Virus record (IMG/VR): IMGVR_UViG_3300038705_000018
Coordinates: 3,711 to 67,710 of that record
Origin: a virus
Direction: 5' to 3' (one strand)
Length of the DNA stretch: 64,000 bases
In this document: piece after piece, positions 9,905-21,085 of the stretch
Numbering within the stretch: position 1 is the stretch's first letter
Layout of the letters: the number at the start of each line of letters is the position of its first letter
Program-made: the position numbers and the translations under genes
The notes under the pieces: model-generated
The model's database searches: none
Seen by the model: the letters and a program-made list of their open reading frames with translations, nothing else
Told to the model about the DNA's origin: nothing

Positions 9905-10285
9905 CTATTGCTGCTCCTGCTTTGTTTGTGTGTTATTTTCATTAGTTGATGTTGGCGGTTCTTGAGATGGATAATTCCCTGTAAGTGATGTATAACACTC
10001 TAAACAAATATTCTTTTTCGCAAACCCCATATCCAGTGCGTACAGACGAGCTCCGCGTTTACATATTTCGCATCTTGTTGCAATACGGAAATATATCGTT
10101 CCATCCGTTTCCCCCCACACCTCTACTTTATTCGCACCATATAAACCGGCATTGTTTAGCATATCAAAAGGAATTCGCACAAATACTCCGTTTTCGTTTC
10201 TTTCTGAATCTACTAACCTACCCGCAAACGGAGCACCTTTCCCTGCTTGTAAGGGATAACCTTGTAAATCTTTGTAATCGTCCAT
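9905..10285 (-). CDS. Phage protein with CxxC...CxxC zinc ribbon
   Basis: RCEICKRG...ICLECY. Lies between the tail fibre and the holin. Confidence 0.55.
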   Translation of the reverse strand: MDDYKDLQGYPLQAGKGAPFAGRLVDSERNENGVFVRIPFDMLNNAGLYGANKVEVWGETDGTIYFRIATRCEICKRGARLYALDMGFAKKNICLECYTSLTGNYPSQEPPTSTNENNTQTKQEQQ

Positions 10286-10296
10286 ATATTTTCCTC

Positions 10297-13200
10297 CTAA
10301 ACGTTAGGTAGCTTGTACCATTGTCCTCCCATTCCCATAAAATAAAACCCATAGCCTCGACCGCCATCAAAGAAACGAATGGACCCAGCTTGGCCCATTT
10401 TATTACGCCCTAAATTTATTCCCTGCGTTAGAATAGGTTGATGTATGAATACATCCTTTTCTGTACTTATATCAAAGGTCTGCCCATGAGCAGCTGGACC
10501 TATGTTGTTATTTACGCTGCCTATAGCAATTCTATTAAACGGTTGAAGACCATCGGCCCTTTCTGCTGCTGCACGGTCCCAGTTATACATGCAAGCATAG
10601 TTACCACTAACCAATGTTATCCCTGAAACACAAACAGCTCTACCTGCAGAAACTTGCGCATTTGCAGCTGTAATTTTAACTACAATCATATGTTCTTGTG
10701 GATTGTAATTGTTAGGAATGGTAAATGTGAAATTATACCTTCTAATTTCACCATAAAATGTAGATGGCTCTGGAAAATCTTTATATATTTCGTGCCAAAT
10801 TTTATAACTCACTTCATCCAATGGCGTAACAAAGCATACCTGCAATCGTGGTTTTGCCGTTACACGTACACCATTAATCTGTGCGGTTCTATAATGTGCT
10901 GACAATGTATAAGAGTTTCCTGGATGAATCCCGTTTTGAACTTTTGTTTCTGGATAATTATACGTGTCGACACGGACTGCATTTACCATTTGTTCATAGT
11001 TAAATATAAAAGTATTATTTTCTATCACTACACCGTTTCCTTGTACTTTCCAAGGTAGACCGTATCCAGCACCAAACCCCTGATAATTGGGGTTACCTAT
11101 GTTCAATTTTGGAACACTAGAAAAATCATGATCGGCTATTAAATTTCGTTTTGGCATAACGGTTGTTTTCGTTCCCCATTCATCTTCAAAAAGGAAGTCT
11201 AACATTTTAATAGTAACGCCGTTTTTATTAATGGTAATCTTATCGCCATTAACTTTAATAATATTCGTATCAATGCCCTTTGCCGTTAACCATTGCACCA
11301 TTGTATCAGCACTGATAGCAAGTTTTGAAACACTAATAGTAATCTTTTCGGCTGTCTGGTTAATAGCAGAAATGATGTCGCTTTTTTGTACGGTACTAGT
11401 AATTACTTTTTCGGTTAAATCAATACGTGCTGCTTGTCTATCAACGTAAGCTTTATCAGCATAACGTCCATCAGATTCTGTTCTTGTATATACTTCTGTT
11501 TTAACTGCAGCAAGACTAATACCCTTTGCATTTGCGGAAATAAGACGTTCTAACTCTGTTACCTTTGTATTGTAACTTTCAGTGGCTATTTTTTTAGATA
11601 TCTTATCTAATAAATCTTGCTTGTTTTTTGTAACAGTGTTCTTTAACTCAGGTATTTGAAAACCACCGATATAATCTTCTACTTGTTTAATTCCAACTTT
11701 TGCTTCAATTGCTGTGGCCTGTTGTTGAATTTTAGAATTAGCATCGGTAATCTTTTTTCCTTGATCGGATACTACATTGTTCAAATTACTAACTGTGGTG
11801 GATAGCCCGCTTGCTGTTTGCTCTACTGTAGTCATACGCTTTTCGAATCCGGATTGGCGATTTTGCACATTGGTTACAGTGGTTTTTACGCCATTCACAC
11901 TTTTTTCGATCTCGGTTGTTTTTTTAGTGAATTCATCATTCGTTACTTGGTTTTCTGGAGCTGGTGTCCAATCCTGTGGCTTATTACCTTTATATAAAGC
12001 AACCCATTCTACAACGGATTTTGTATTGTTATTTGGAAAGTTATATAGATTTAACTTTCTTTCATTTCCACTCGTTGTTACTACAGCTTTAAAAGTTACA
12101 TAGGTAATACCATTCGCATAAAAACTTGTTGCATATCCAACATTATTTGAACCACCATTCTGCCAAATTCCAAATTTCTGGCCTTGCGGGACACTCCCTT
12201 TAATTACAAAAGTATATTCCTCACCTGGAACAAAATTTTCAGTTAGAGAATATGGATTGATTAGATAATCTGTTTTTTCGTATTTAACATTTGAATCTAA
12301 TAACAGATTACGCCCTCCAGCTTTATCGGTATTAAATTTCTTTTCTACGATCTCCAACTTCTCACTAATCTGGCCGGCCTTTTCTGTAATTTCAGTTGTG
12401 GTTTTCTTTAGATTATTAGTTGTTTGCTGCATCTCAGAGATGGTCTTTTTCGTACCTTCAGCAGTCTCTACCACTGTACTTAATTTTTCAGTGATTTCAC
12501 CGTCTTTTTTTATTAAAGATTCAATAGATTTAGTAAAACCTTCGTTGGTTTGTTTCATTTCAGAGACAGTTTTGTCAATTTCACCTTGAGAGTTTTGTAC
12601 ATTTTTTATCGTTTGCGAAACTTCTTGGAGACTATTTTTAACTTCCTTGAATTGTCCATTGGTTTCACTTTGCGCTTCTTCCACTTTCTTATTTAATTCT
12701 TCTTTTGTGAGTTTAATATCCTTATTAACCTGCTCAAGTGTATCTTTCTTAACTGACTCCACATCAGGAATAAGAAGTTCCCAATCTTTACCGTTCCATA
12801 CTTTTAAGATACCAGGTTTACCATTACTGATATCTCGCCATATCGTCTTACCAATTTTAAGATTCGTTGTTGGCGGATTTACAGCTTCGATAATTTCCAC
12901 GGTATTATTTTTTAGATTTTCTTGAACTTTTTCGGCTAATTCTTTTGCTATCTGACTCTCTTTTTGAGCTTGTTCGGCTGTCCCTTTCGCTTCTTCTGCC
13001 AACTTTTCTAGTTGTTCTAATAGTTCTTTATTAGCTTTATTACCTAAAGAAGCAAGTACTCTATTGTATAATTTTCGCATTTCTTCGTTTGGATCGGTAA
13101 TTTCACGATAGTCACCAAATATATATTTATCTTGTGAAGAATCCGTAAATGATTCATCACAAGCGATTGCACGTGCTTCTAAATAAAGCTTCGGTGTAAA

Positions 13201-14172
13201 TCCAGTATCTTTAATTCGAATTGTATCTCCTTCATTAATTATCTCGTGAGATAATCCAAATACACGCCCTATAGCTGCGCCTTCTACATCGTAAACAACA
13301 GAAGTATTAACGCGTTTTGCGAACTCTGTTTTCATAAGAGTCAAGAGACGCTTTGGTGTCATATTTTGTTCTTCTGTTTCTGGAGTGTAAAAGCCAAATT
13401 TATGTTTACCATTCTCGTTCCAGCGTTGATAGGCATCGCTATCAGTAATATAAGGTAAACCATCATTAATGCTTTCAACTGTGATAATGGTATTCCCTTC
13501 GCCCTGAACGAATCCGATTAAGGCAGTACAAATATCCCTAGAATGCTCAATACGTCTAACACCGACTAAATCCTTCCCTAAAGTTACTTCCTTGCCAGTG
13601 TCTCTACCGCGTTTTTTCACCATATCCACGTACCAGCCAACAATCTGTGAACCGACTACTTCTACACGGTATTGAATCTCTAATTCAAATAAAGAAGCTA
13701 TTTTCTTTAAAAAAGTAAGAGGATCTATAATGGTATCAATGGTCATGGTATGGAAACCAGCATACTCTGTTTTTCCGCGTTTCCACTTCGTACCTACAAG
13801 AGCCATATCCATGAATTGATTTACTGTTTTACCTTCTATACGTTGTGGCATGATATAACCGTCTTTTGCTATCTGAACCCATGCACCCGAAGTACGTACA
13901 GTAAGTGACCTATCTCTTGAATCCTTTTCAACCTCATTATTTATAACGTAAGGAACAATCCGTCCATCACGTACTTCTTTTAAAACTAAATTTTGCTGCA
14001 TAAGTGTCGCTGCATGCTCTGTATTATCAAACACTTTAAACTCTAAAGTATCTATATTGTTCTTAATCTCCCAATGACGTATATCATCCCAATAATTTTG
14101 TGGCTGGATATTAGCAACAATTTGGTCCGTTTTAAAATCAATAACATGAAGTGTGCCGCTAGGTGCTCTCAT
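10297..14172 (-). CDS. Tail-associated minor structural / host-recognition protein (1291 aa)
   Basis: Sits after the distal tail protein. Has a long coiled-coil Lys/Glu-rich centre. Confidence 0.8.
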   Translation of the reverse strand: MRAPSGTLHVIDFKTDQIVANIQPQNYWDDIRHWEIKNNIDTLEFKVFDNTEHAATLMQQNLVLKEVRDGRIVPYVINNEVEKDSRDRSLTVRTSGAWVQIAKDGYIMPQRIEGKTVNQFMDMALVGTKWKRGKTEYAGFHTMTIDTIIDPLTFLKKIASLFELEIQYRVEVVGSQIVGWYVDMVKKRGRDTGKEVTLGKDLVGVRRIEHSRDICTALIGFVQGEGNTIITVESINDGLPYITDSDAYQRWNENGKHKFGFYTPETEEQNMTPKRLLTLMKTEFAKRVNTSVVYDVEGAAIGRVFGLSHEIINEGDTIRIKDTGFTPKLYLEARAIACDESFTDSSQDKYIFGDYREITDPNEEMRKLYNRVLASLGNKANKELLEQLEKLAEEAKGTAEQAQKESQIAKELAEKVQENLKNNTVEIIEAVNPPTTNLKIGKTIWRDISNGKPGILKVWNGKDWELLIPDVESVKKDTLEQVNKDIKLTKEELNKKVEEAQSETNGQFKEVKNSLQEVSQTIKNVQNSQGEIDKTVSEMKQTNEGFTKSIESLIKKDGEITEKLSTVVETAEGTKKTISEMQQTTNNLKKTTTEITEKAGQISEKLEIVEKKFNTDKAGGRNLLLDSNVKYEKTDYLINPYSLTENFVPGEEYTFVIKGSVPQGQKFGIWQNGGSNNVGYATSFYANGITYVTFKAVVTTSGNERKLNLYNFPNNNTKSVVEWVALYKGNKPQDWTPAPENQVTNDEFTKKTTEIEKSVNGVKTTVTNVQNRQSGFEKRMTTVEQTASGLSTTVSNLNNVVSDQGKKITDANSKIQQQATAIEAKVGIKQVEDYIGGFQIPELKNTVTKNKQDLLDKISKKIATESYNTKVTELERLISANAKGISLAAVKTEVYTRTESDGRYADKAYVDRQAARIDLTEKVITSTVQKSDIISAINQTAEKITISVSKLAISADTMVQWLTAKGIDTNIIKVNGDKITINKNGVTIKMLDFLFEDEWGTKTTVMPKRNLIADHDFSSVPKLNIGNPNYQGFGAGYGLPWKVQGNGVVIENNTFIFNYEQMVNAVRVDTYNYPETKVQNGIHPGNSYTLSAHYRTAQINGVRVTAKPRLQVCFVTPLDEVSYKIWHEIYKDFPEPSTFYGEIRRYNFTFTIPNNYNPQEHMIVVKITAANAQVSAGRAVCVSGITLVSGNYACMYNWDRAAAERADGLQPFNRIAIGSVNNNIGPAAHGQTFDISTEKDVFIHQPILTQGINLGRNKMGQAGSIRFFDGGRGYGFYFMGMGGQWYKLPNV

Positions 14173-15641
14173 CGATATCTCTCCCTATATGTTACTTTGG
14201 CTATTCCCACATCGGAAGGCATAATTTCAAGCTTGTTTGAACCTTTGCTAACAACTGGATAATCACTGAATATATCTTTTAAATTTATAACTTTTTTACC
14301 ATTAATCGATACAAGGCTTCGCTCGGTATCAATAACTACCTTATCTCCAACATCAAAAATGTAAGGTGGATTATCTTGTGTATTCATATTGACCTTCCAG
14401 ATTTTCAAATCATCAATGCTCATGTCTGTACAGAACATGTTATCCGAAAATTGACTGATGCTAATTTGAACTTGTGCCACTTTGTCCATATTCACATTGT
14501 TTTCATCTTCCCACACAACAAAGCGTTCCGAGTCATCCTTTTCGGTATTCCATAAAAACTTAGAAATATACGCTTCCCACCTATTACCGGTACGCGCTAA
14601 CCACAAGCGACCACGATATTGATTCCATGTAGTAGGATGGTCCCCTGGTTCATTTATAAGTACTCGCTCACCAACTGGTTTCTTTTTGTTGCCAAGCTTA
14701 GCGAACCCTGTATTTTGTTCAGCTTGCCAATGGACATCATTCATAGAAATACGAGCTACATAGTCACTGTTTTCATCCAATAAACCTATTTCAACGCGTC
14801 CCATTTGATCTGGATGCGAGCTTCTTACCCCAACATACGCCTGCATAATAAAGTCTTGCAGTGGCCCTTGCGGAATGTTCTTTTTGGCTATGCAACCATG
14901 CCATCCTTTTATGTTTGTTTCACCTAAATAAACCGGAACTAGGCGTGAGCCTGCATCCACTTTGAAAGCTCCTCCCCCTACCATATCTTCTGCATTCGGA
15001 ACATCCGTCCATCCTATAGTGGTAGACATTTCATCCCACATAACACGCTGATTTCTCTCAACAGGTACCTGATCCATTCTAAGCGGCCATCCAATACGAA
15101 AGTAATTATCTCCATTCCATACATCAAGAAAAGTGGCGGGTTTCGTTACCTCAATTTCAATAATTGGGTTAGATTCGAGACTTCCTTTGTTTTGAATATT
15201 CGCTACTAGCCCACGCTCATTAGCTTGAAATTCTACGGTTCTTGTAGGACCTAATTTATATGGCATTTCACAAATAAAAGTAAGTACTCCTTCTCCTAAA
15301 TTCACTAATTGCTGTGGGTCAAAAGATTCATCAATAACAGCCAAATACGTACGATCTTTTTCATCATCAAAGATCAGTTCTTGAGGTTGGTCTGTAATAA
15401 GCCAATCAGCTATTTCTTCCTTTAACTTTTCGGCCTCTTCCATAGATTCATAAAATAATGCAACTGGTACAATTATTTTTCTCATTTTTGTTTGTGTTCT
15501 TATCAAACGCCCACCTGGATAGTGAGGAACTTCAAGAAATGTACGTTCCAAAGGAGCCCATGCAGGGCGTTTTTTACCCTGCAATGGGATTACATTCGGA
15601 TTGCTTTTCCCGTTAAAACTAAAGAAACTAATTCCAGTCAT
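14169..15641 (-). CDS. Distal tail protein (Dit-like)
   Basis: Lies between the tape measure and the tail fibre. ATGA overlap with the downstream gene. Confidence 0.7.
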   Translation of the reverse strand: MTGISFFSFNGKSNPNVIPLQGKKRPAWAPLERTFLEVPHYPGGRLIRTQTKMRKIIVPVALFYESMEEAEKLKEEIADWLITDQPQELIFDDEKDRTYLAVIDESFDPQQLVNLGEGVLTFICEMPYKLGPTRTVEFQANERGLVANIQNKGSLESNPIIEIEVTKPATFLDVWNGDNYFRIGWPLRMDQVPVERNQRVMWDEMSTTIGWTDVPNAEDMVGGGAFKVDAGSRLVPVYLGETNIKGWHGCIAKKNIPQGPLQDFIMQAYVGVRSSHPDQMGRVEIGLLDENSDYVARISMNDVHWQAEQNTGFAKLGNKKKPVGERVLINEPGDHPTTWNQYRGRLWLARTGNRWEAYISKFLWNTEKDDSERFVVWEDENNVNMDKVAQVQISISQFSDNMFCTDMSIDDLKIWKVNMNTQDNPPYIFDVGDKVVIDTERSLVSINGKKVINLKDIFSDYPVVSKGSNKLEIMPSDVGIAKVTYRERYR

Positions 15642-15653
15642 ATCATCACCTGC

Positions 15654-18596
15654 CTAAAATACTCTCAATCTTTCTTTCTCGCTTTCTTGAAACTTGCTAA
15701 CATCTGAGTAGATTTCCTTCGCTATTTCTCTGCCGTTCAAATTAACTTGCAAGATAGTTGGACCTTGTGATGCATATTGCTGCGCTCCAGCTTGTTGAGT
15801 TAATGGTAGTGACCCCATTATTCCATTAGCAATGGCATCAAAGGTTTGTTTGCGCAGGGGTAACACCGTTTCGTCATATCCTCGAGCATCCCCAACCCCG
15901 ATTAATGTAGGGTTACCTGGTTTAATTAAAGCGCCGTTTGCAGCCCACTTAACACTGAAAGATGGTAAACCTTCACTTGCCCAATTAACAGGATTTAGTG
16001 ATCCATTTACACTAATCTTCGGAACAGGAATGTGAATACCACTAAACATATTTGCTACGCCGTTTTTAATTTTATCAATCCAGCCCATAATTCCACTCCA
16101 AGCTTCTTTAATAGGATTAATCAGTTTATCTTTAATTTTCATAGCGGCTTCACCTATATCAATTGCCATACGAACTACAGAAGCGATTGGTTCCTTAATA
16201 AATGTCTTGAAATATCCAACAACAGTAGACCACATGCTACTAATCATAGAGCCAAAAGAAGATGCAAGACCTTTCACTGCGCCGAAAATTTGTTTAACAA
16301 ATGAAAATTGAATAAGCCCCCAGATTAATTGGATTGCACCACTGAAAATTTGTTTTATCCCTGCCCACATTCCAGAGAAATCACCAGTTAAAACAGATGC
16401 GAAAAACTTAATAATTCCCATAATGAGATTAACAGCACCCTGGATAATATCTTTTATAGCGTCCCATGCACTTTTTACAATCATCATTACAGCTGGCATT
16501 ACAAAAGTTATAATAGATTGAATGATTGAAAAGGCATTTTTTACGGCTTGTACAATTTGATCTCCGTTTTCTTTCCAAAACGAGGTAATTTGCGCTATAA
16601 TCCCATTCACAAAGTTAAGGACATCCGTCAGTAAAGGCATTAAATAAGGAGCTATCGTGTTAAATACACCTTTAATAAATTCCCAAGTAGCGCCGATTAT
16701 TCCCATAACTACTGGTGCTTGCGCTGCTATCAAGGATTGTACATCTTCTATGAAACTACTCAATTGAGCATGCACATCCTGAACGAACATAATAATATCC
16801 GCTTTCTGCTCAGGTGAAAAACCTAACTTGTCTAAGAAATTACTAGCAGCTCCCCAGTCACCAGATACAAGAGCTTTTAAAACTTCAATCCCTTGACTGA
16901 CAGTTTGGACTACAGAGTTAACGATCGTAATTGCTTCGGTACTAAATCCAAGCTTAGTAAGGATACTTATCCCATTAACACCAGATTGTCTTGAATCAGA
17001 ATCATCGCCTTTTGCCGCCTTCCAAAGGTCAGAAATAGCCTCTCCAATACTTTTAATAGGTGTAATAACCATATCTGATACTGCTTGCCATTTCTTTTCT
17101 TTTTCTTGTGCAGCATTGATAGCTTTTTCGCGATTTTTATATATCAGCTCAGATTCCTCAAGAATTTTGTTAGCTTCTTCTTGTTTCAACTTCCCAGCTG
17201 CAACATCTGCTGCTAATTCCTGCTCTTTGGTAGCTAACATTCCTTTTGCAGTAAGGTTTTCAGATAAAAGCCTATTTGAGTCTTCTATTCGTTTGTTACG
17301 CTCTGTTTCAGAGATAGCTCCTTTTTCGTACATCATTTGAGCAATTTCTTCTGCTTGTGCATGGCGAGTTCTTTCTGTAGCCAACGCTTTTGTTGCTTCG
17401 ACGGCCTGTCCTGTTGGGTCTAACATTCTAGAAATACCGTCTATAAGACCTGTAGTTCCATTTGTAGCTGACATAAGACCAGGATTAATCATATCGAACA
17501 GAACAAGCCCTAAATTACTTAGGGATGATGTCATATTCTTAGTAGCACCCTCTAAGTTATTAGACATAACTTTAGCCATGCGATTAGCTGCGCCACTGGA
17601 GTTATCCATCAACATTTTTAATTCATCGAAACCTTTACCACCAGCATCGATTACAGGCAACCAGGCGGAGAAGGCTTCTTGTCCGAAGATAGATTGAGCA
17701 GCAGCGATTTTTTGTGATTGAGATAGATTACCGAACTTTACATGCATATCCTCTACAATGTCACGGATCTTTCTCATAGAACCATCCGCATTTGTAGTCG
17801 AAATACCAAGTCCGTCTAAAGCTTTAGCAGCATCTTTAGGCGGTTTAGCTAAGCGTGATAGACCTGCACGTAATGCTGTACCAGCCATAGACCCTTTTGT
17901 ACCAGCGTTTGCAAATTCACCAAGAATAACATTCGTTTCCGCTAAATCCATACCGAAAGCGTGTGCTACAGGAGCAACGTATTTCATCGCTTCCCCTAAT
18001 TGACTAATATTCGTATTGGTACTAGCCTGGATAACAGCGAATTGGTCAGCTGCTTTACCAGCCTCATTAGCACCCATGGCAAACCCCTGCATTGTATCGG
18101 TAACAATATCGGTTGCACGGCCGAGGTCCATATTCCCTGCTGTAGCCATAGAAAGTAATGGTCCTATTGCGGCAATTTGCTGATTAGCATTCCATCCGGC
18201 TAGAGCCATATACTCCATTCCCTCAGCAACTTCAGTAGCAGAATAACGTGTACTTGCGCCTAATTCACGAGCTTTTCCTGTTAAATCCCCCATCGCAACA
18301 GAAGATGAACCGGTAAGAGCTTCGACTTTACTCATTTGCTTCTCGAATCCCATTCCTTCTTTAACAGTTCCAGAAAATGCAGTGCCAAGACCAATAGCTA
18401 AACCTGCTATTCCTCCAAGAGCCAAAGCTGCACCGCCTACAGAAGAACCTAAACCAGCGGCAGCGGCACCAACTTGACCAAATCCACGCCCTAAGATACC
18501 TGTAGTCCTTTGCCCGCTTCTTTCCGCATTAGTCAATCCTCTTTGTAACTGATCATCCTTTAAGAAGATTGATCCAAACATCTTAAATAATTCCAT
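15654..18596 (-). CDS. Tape measure protein
   Basis: 980 aa, Gly/Ala-rich with TM stretches. Sits directly after the chaperone pair. Confidence 0.9.
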   Translation of the reverse strand: MELFKMFGSIFLKDDQLQRGLTNAERSGQRTTGILGRGFGQVGAAAAGLGSSVGGAALALGGIAGLAIGLGTAFSGTVKEGMGFEKQMSKVEALTGSSSVAMGDLTGKARELGASTRYSATEVAEGMEYMALAGWNANQQIAAIGPLLSMATAGNMDLGRATDIVTDTMQGFAMGANEAGKAADQFAVIQASTNTNISQLGEAMKYVAPVAHAFGMDLAETNVILGEFANAGTKGSMAGTALRAGLSRLAKPPKDAAKALDGLGISTTNADGSMRKIRDIVEDMHVKFGNLSQSQKIAAAQSIFGQEAFSAWLPVIDAGGKGFDELKMLMDNSSGAANRMAKVMSNNLEGATKNMTSSLSNLGLVLFDMINPGLMSATNGTTGLIDGISRMLDPTGQAVEATKALATERTRHAQAEEIAQMMYEKGAISETERNKRIEDSNRLLSENLTAKGMLATKEQELAADVAAGKLKQEEANKILEESELIYKNREKAINAAQEKEKKWQAVSDMVITPIKSIGEAISDLWKAAKGDDSDSRQSGVNGISILTKLGFSTEAITIVNSVVQTVSQGIEVLKALVSGDWGAASNFLDKLGFSPEQKADIIMFVQDVHAQLSSFIEDVQSLIAAQAPVVMGIIGATWEFIKGVFNTIAPYLMPLLTDVLNFVNGIIAQITSFWKENGDQIVQAVKNAFSIIQSIITFVMPAVMMIVKSAWDAIKDIIQGAVNLIMGIIKFFASVLTGDFSGMWAGIKQIFSGAIQLIWGLIQFSFVKQIFGAVKGLASSFGSMISSMWSTVVGYFKTFIKEPIASVVRMAIDIGEAAMKIKDKLINPIKEAWSGIMGWIDKIKNGVANMFSGIHIPVPKISVNGSLNPVNWASEGLPSFSVKWAANGALIKPGNPTLIGVGDARGYDETVLPLRKQTFDAIANGIMGSLPLTQQAGAQQYASQGPTILQVNLNGREIAKEIYSDVSKFQESEKERLRVF

Positions 18597-18941
18597 TTAT
18601 TCACCCGCCTTTCCGCGGATTTTACCAACACGAGCAAACACTTCTTCTTTTGTGAGTTTCTGTTTCGGTGTTTGTTCGATTGAATTATTATATTGTAGTA
18701 CCTGTTCTTGCGTTGGGTTTTCGCGCTTATGTTTAAATTGAGGAAATGTTTCATCGCAGTACGGTTGTAGGGCACACCATTCTTCCCATAACATGCGGTC
18801 CATCTCTTTTTTCTTTGCGGTGAGATACAGATTAATAACTATCTCGACATCCAAACCACGTATGTACTCCATATTTGGATAACGAGAAGCTAACGTATCG
18901 ATGAAGTCTATTTCATCAAGTTCACCGCATTGGAAAAAAGT
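18597..18941 (-). CDS. T-like extension of the tail chaperone, reached by -1 frameshift
   Basis: The downstream ORF is in the -1 frame, which is open from 18941. The U6 run C-UUU-UUU-CC (plus-strand A-run 18934-18939) lies 9 codons before the G stop. Confidence 0.55.
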   Translation of the reverse strand, partial: TFFQCGELDEIDFIDTLASRYPNMEYIRGLDVEIVINLYLTAKKKEMDRMLWEEWCALQPYCDETFPQFKHKRENPTQEQVLQYNNSIEQTPKQKLTKEEVFARVGKIRGKAGE

Positions 18942-19336
18942 TTAACCAATCCAACTTCTGAATCTTTGATTGCAGTAAACAGCTTAACTAACTCTTCTAG
19001 ATTTAAAGTTCGTATTGTTTCCCAATCTGGAGATGTTTTTTTACCATTTTCATCTTCATAAACTAAAAGTCCAGCTACAAATTCAAAGAATTCCTGTTCC
19101 GCTTCTTCTAATCCGAAAATAAACTTCATGATAATGTCGTAACCAAAAGTCTCTTGTGCAGCTAATACATCAGCTTGTGTTGCCCCTTCTTTATTTCGTA
19201 CGCCCATCATTAAATCTTTAAGTAAGTTAATATCCACCTTAAATTTCGATTTCTTCAAAATACGAACTACAGAAAATAAATCTCCGCCATGAATTTGTCT
19301 CACTTTGTATTCTTTTTCTTGAATTGCAATAGTCAC
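18908..19336 (-). CDS. Tail assembly chaperone (G-like)
   Basis: 142-aa acidic protein between the major tail protein and the tape measure. Confidence 0.7.
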   Translation of the reverse strand: MTIAIQEKEYKVRQIHGGDLFSVVRILKKSKFKVDINLLKDLMMGVRNKEGATQADVLAAQETFGYDIIMKFIFGLEEAEQEFFEFVAGLLVYEDENGKKTSPDWETIRTLNLEELVKLFTAIKDSEVGLVKLFSNAVNLMK

Positions 19337-19382
19337 ATTTATTCCTCCTTAAAATAAAAAGAGCAGGGATTATCCCTACTCT

Positions 19383-19976
19383 CTAACCTGCTGGTATTAA
19401 TTTAGCTACTTCTATCGCTGTTAAAATACGTTTTTTCCATGGTACTTTTCGAATATTTTCTGGATCACGGTGTCCTGTGAATGTTACTTCTGGAACAACT
19501 TCACTTTCGTTTTCAAATCCTAGTTCTAATGAACCGTCAGATAATGCGTTATATACGATAATTTCAACGATATCACCACCTAAAGTTTCACCAACCCATG
19601 CTACATTTTTAAGATAGCTTTCTTTCGTAAGACGTTCTGTAGCTTCAATCACGTCGTACTTAATTGTTTTCCCGTCTTTTGTAACAGTCTCTTCTGATAC
19701 TTTTAAACCAGCAATAAAGTTTTTGATTTTTTCTTTATCCAAAAATTCAAGTGTCTTAAAACTGATTTGAGTTTTGGATTTAGTGATACGTTTCATCCCC
19801 ATTGTGTCACCAGGAGAACCATCATATTCAATTTCTTTAAACTCTGGTTCATATTTAAATGAACCGCCACCTTGCGTAGCACCTACAGGAAGTTCATCTT
19901 TTTCTCCATAATTAAAGAAGAATGCACCCCAATCTCCGAAGAGGACATTCTCTGGTTTTGGTTGTGGAGCTGCCAT
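19383..19976 (-). CDS. Major tail protein
   Basis: 197 aa. Sits upstream of the chaperones. Confidence 0.7.
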   Translation of the reverse strand: MAAPQPKPENVLFGDWGAFFFNYGEKDELPVGATQGGGSFKYEPEFKEIEYDGSPGDTMGMKRITKSKTQISFKTLEFLDKEKIKNFIAGLKVSEETVTKDGKTIKYDVIEATERLTKESYLKNVAWVGETLGGDIVEIIVYNALSDGSLELGFENESEVVPEVTFTGHRDPENIRKVPWKKRILTAIEVAKLIPAG

Positions 19977-19990
19977 ATAATCAACCCTTT

Positions 19991-20353
19991 CTATTGTCTA
20001 AAATAAGTTCGTAAAATGAGTCGCACTTCTTTGCGTATGATATTTGGGTCTGGATCAGGTACTTTCTGACTCGAAAGATAAGAAATAGCAGCACCAAATT
20101 CAGCGCTGCTTAACCTTTTTCTATGAAGATTGTTTTCTAGCTTCATAATCAGTTCATCTATTTTACTAAGATGAGCAGAAGTACCGTAAATATCAATTGT
20201 AAGCATGATATTCTTTCGTCCCCATGGTTCTTTATCATCATTAACCGTGTACACCAAATAAGGCATTACAGCGGTTGTTTTAGCGATTTCATAATACGTT
20301 TCTTTATCAATTTGTTTTAATTCACTGTGTAATATATTTATAAAGTCATTCAT
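19991..20353 (-). CDS. Tail completion / tail terminator-like protein
   Basis: Assigned by position in the head-tail joining block. Confidence 0.45.
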   Translation of the reverse strand: MNDFINILHSELKQIDKETYYEIAKTTAVMPYLVYTVNDDKEPWGRKNIMLTIDIYGTSAHLSKIDELIMKLENNLHRKRLSSAEFGAAISYLSSQKVPDPDPNIIRKEVRLILRTYFRQ

Positions 20354-20358
20354 ACTAT

Positions 20359-20766
20359 CTACCTCATTAACGACGAATAGGTTCGCGTGCCAACTTGTGT
20401 AATTTGCGGTTTATTGCTCTCTGCTGCTGGTCTAAGAAAAGGCTGTGCATGTTGCCCTTGAGTTTTAACCATCTTCCCTGTTTTAGGGTCACGGTACATC
20501 CAAGGAGTTTTACGCCCATCACCGTCTACAGCATAAATTCCTGTTCCTTTCTCAACATAAATTCCATGATCAGCAGAAGTACCGATAATAACTTTTTCTT
20601 GCTCTGCTTTAGAACTAATGCTTCTTCTTAGATTGCCAGTGTCTACAGCAGCAAGTAATTTAGCTTTAGAAGATACAAATTGACCAATAGCAGTATGAGC
20701 TGCTTTCTTTGCAGCCAAATGTCTTGCCATAACAGCGGCTCTATTGGATTGGAATTTCACGCTCAT
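20359..20766 (-). CDS. HK97 gp10-family head-tail joining protein
   Basis: Motifs TGNLRRSI and GTSADHGIYVEKGTG resemble the gp10 family. Confidence 0.6.
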   Translation of the reverse strand: MSVKFQSNRAAVMARHLAAKKAAHTAIGQFVSSKAKLLAAVDTGNLRRSISSKAEQEKVIIGTSADHGIYVEKGTGIYAVDGDGRKTPWMYRDPKTGKMVKTQGQHAQPFLRPAAESNKPQITQVGTRTYSSLMR

Positions 20767-21085
20767 ATGGCAACATCTCCAATTCTATTTGAAAGAATCT
20801 ACCCGCATTCATTGGATCGCCCGGATAAGTAACGCTGTATACCTTCTTATCGATAACTAATCTATCTTGAATAGTTACGTCGAAAAGCATGCAGTAAAAG
20901 AAATGTGTGCTTTTCTCTTCTACTTTCTTATTGCGAGCATCCTTTGTCCCTTGGATTGCATCCAATACACCTTTAACAGTATTTATTTCTTTCCATTCTT
21001 CTGTTGGATATGGCCCATCATCAAAACCAGCGTTGCGAAGTACTGTAGCATCTTTGCCAAACTTACGTAGCATTGAATGGATCAT
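20741..21085 (-). CDS. Head closure / head-tail adaptor protein
   Basis: Assigned by position and size (114 aa). Confidence 0.5.
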   Translation of the reverse strand: MIHSMLRKFGKDATVLRNAGFDDGPYPTEEWKEINTVKGVLDAIQGTKDARNKKVEEKSTHFFYCMLFDVTIQDRLVIDKKVYSVTYPGDPMNAGRFFQIELEMLPYEREIPIQ

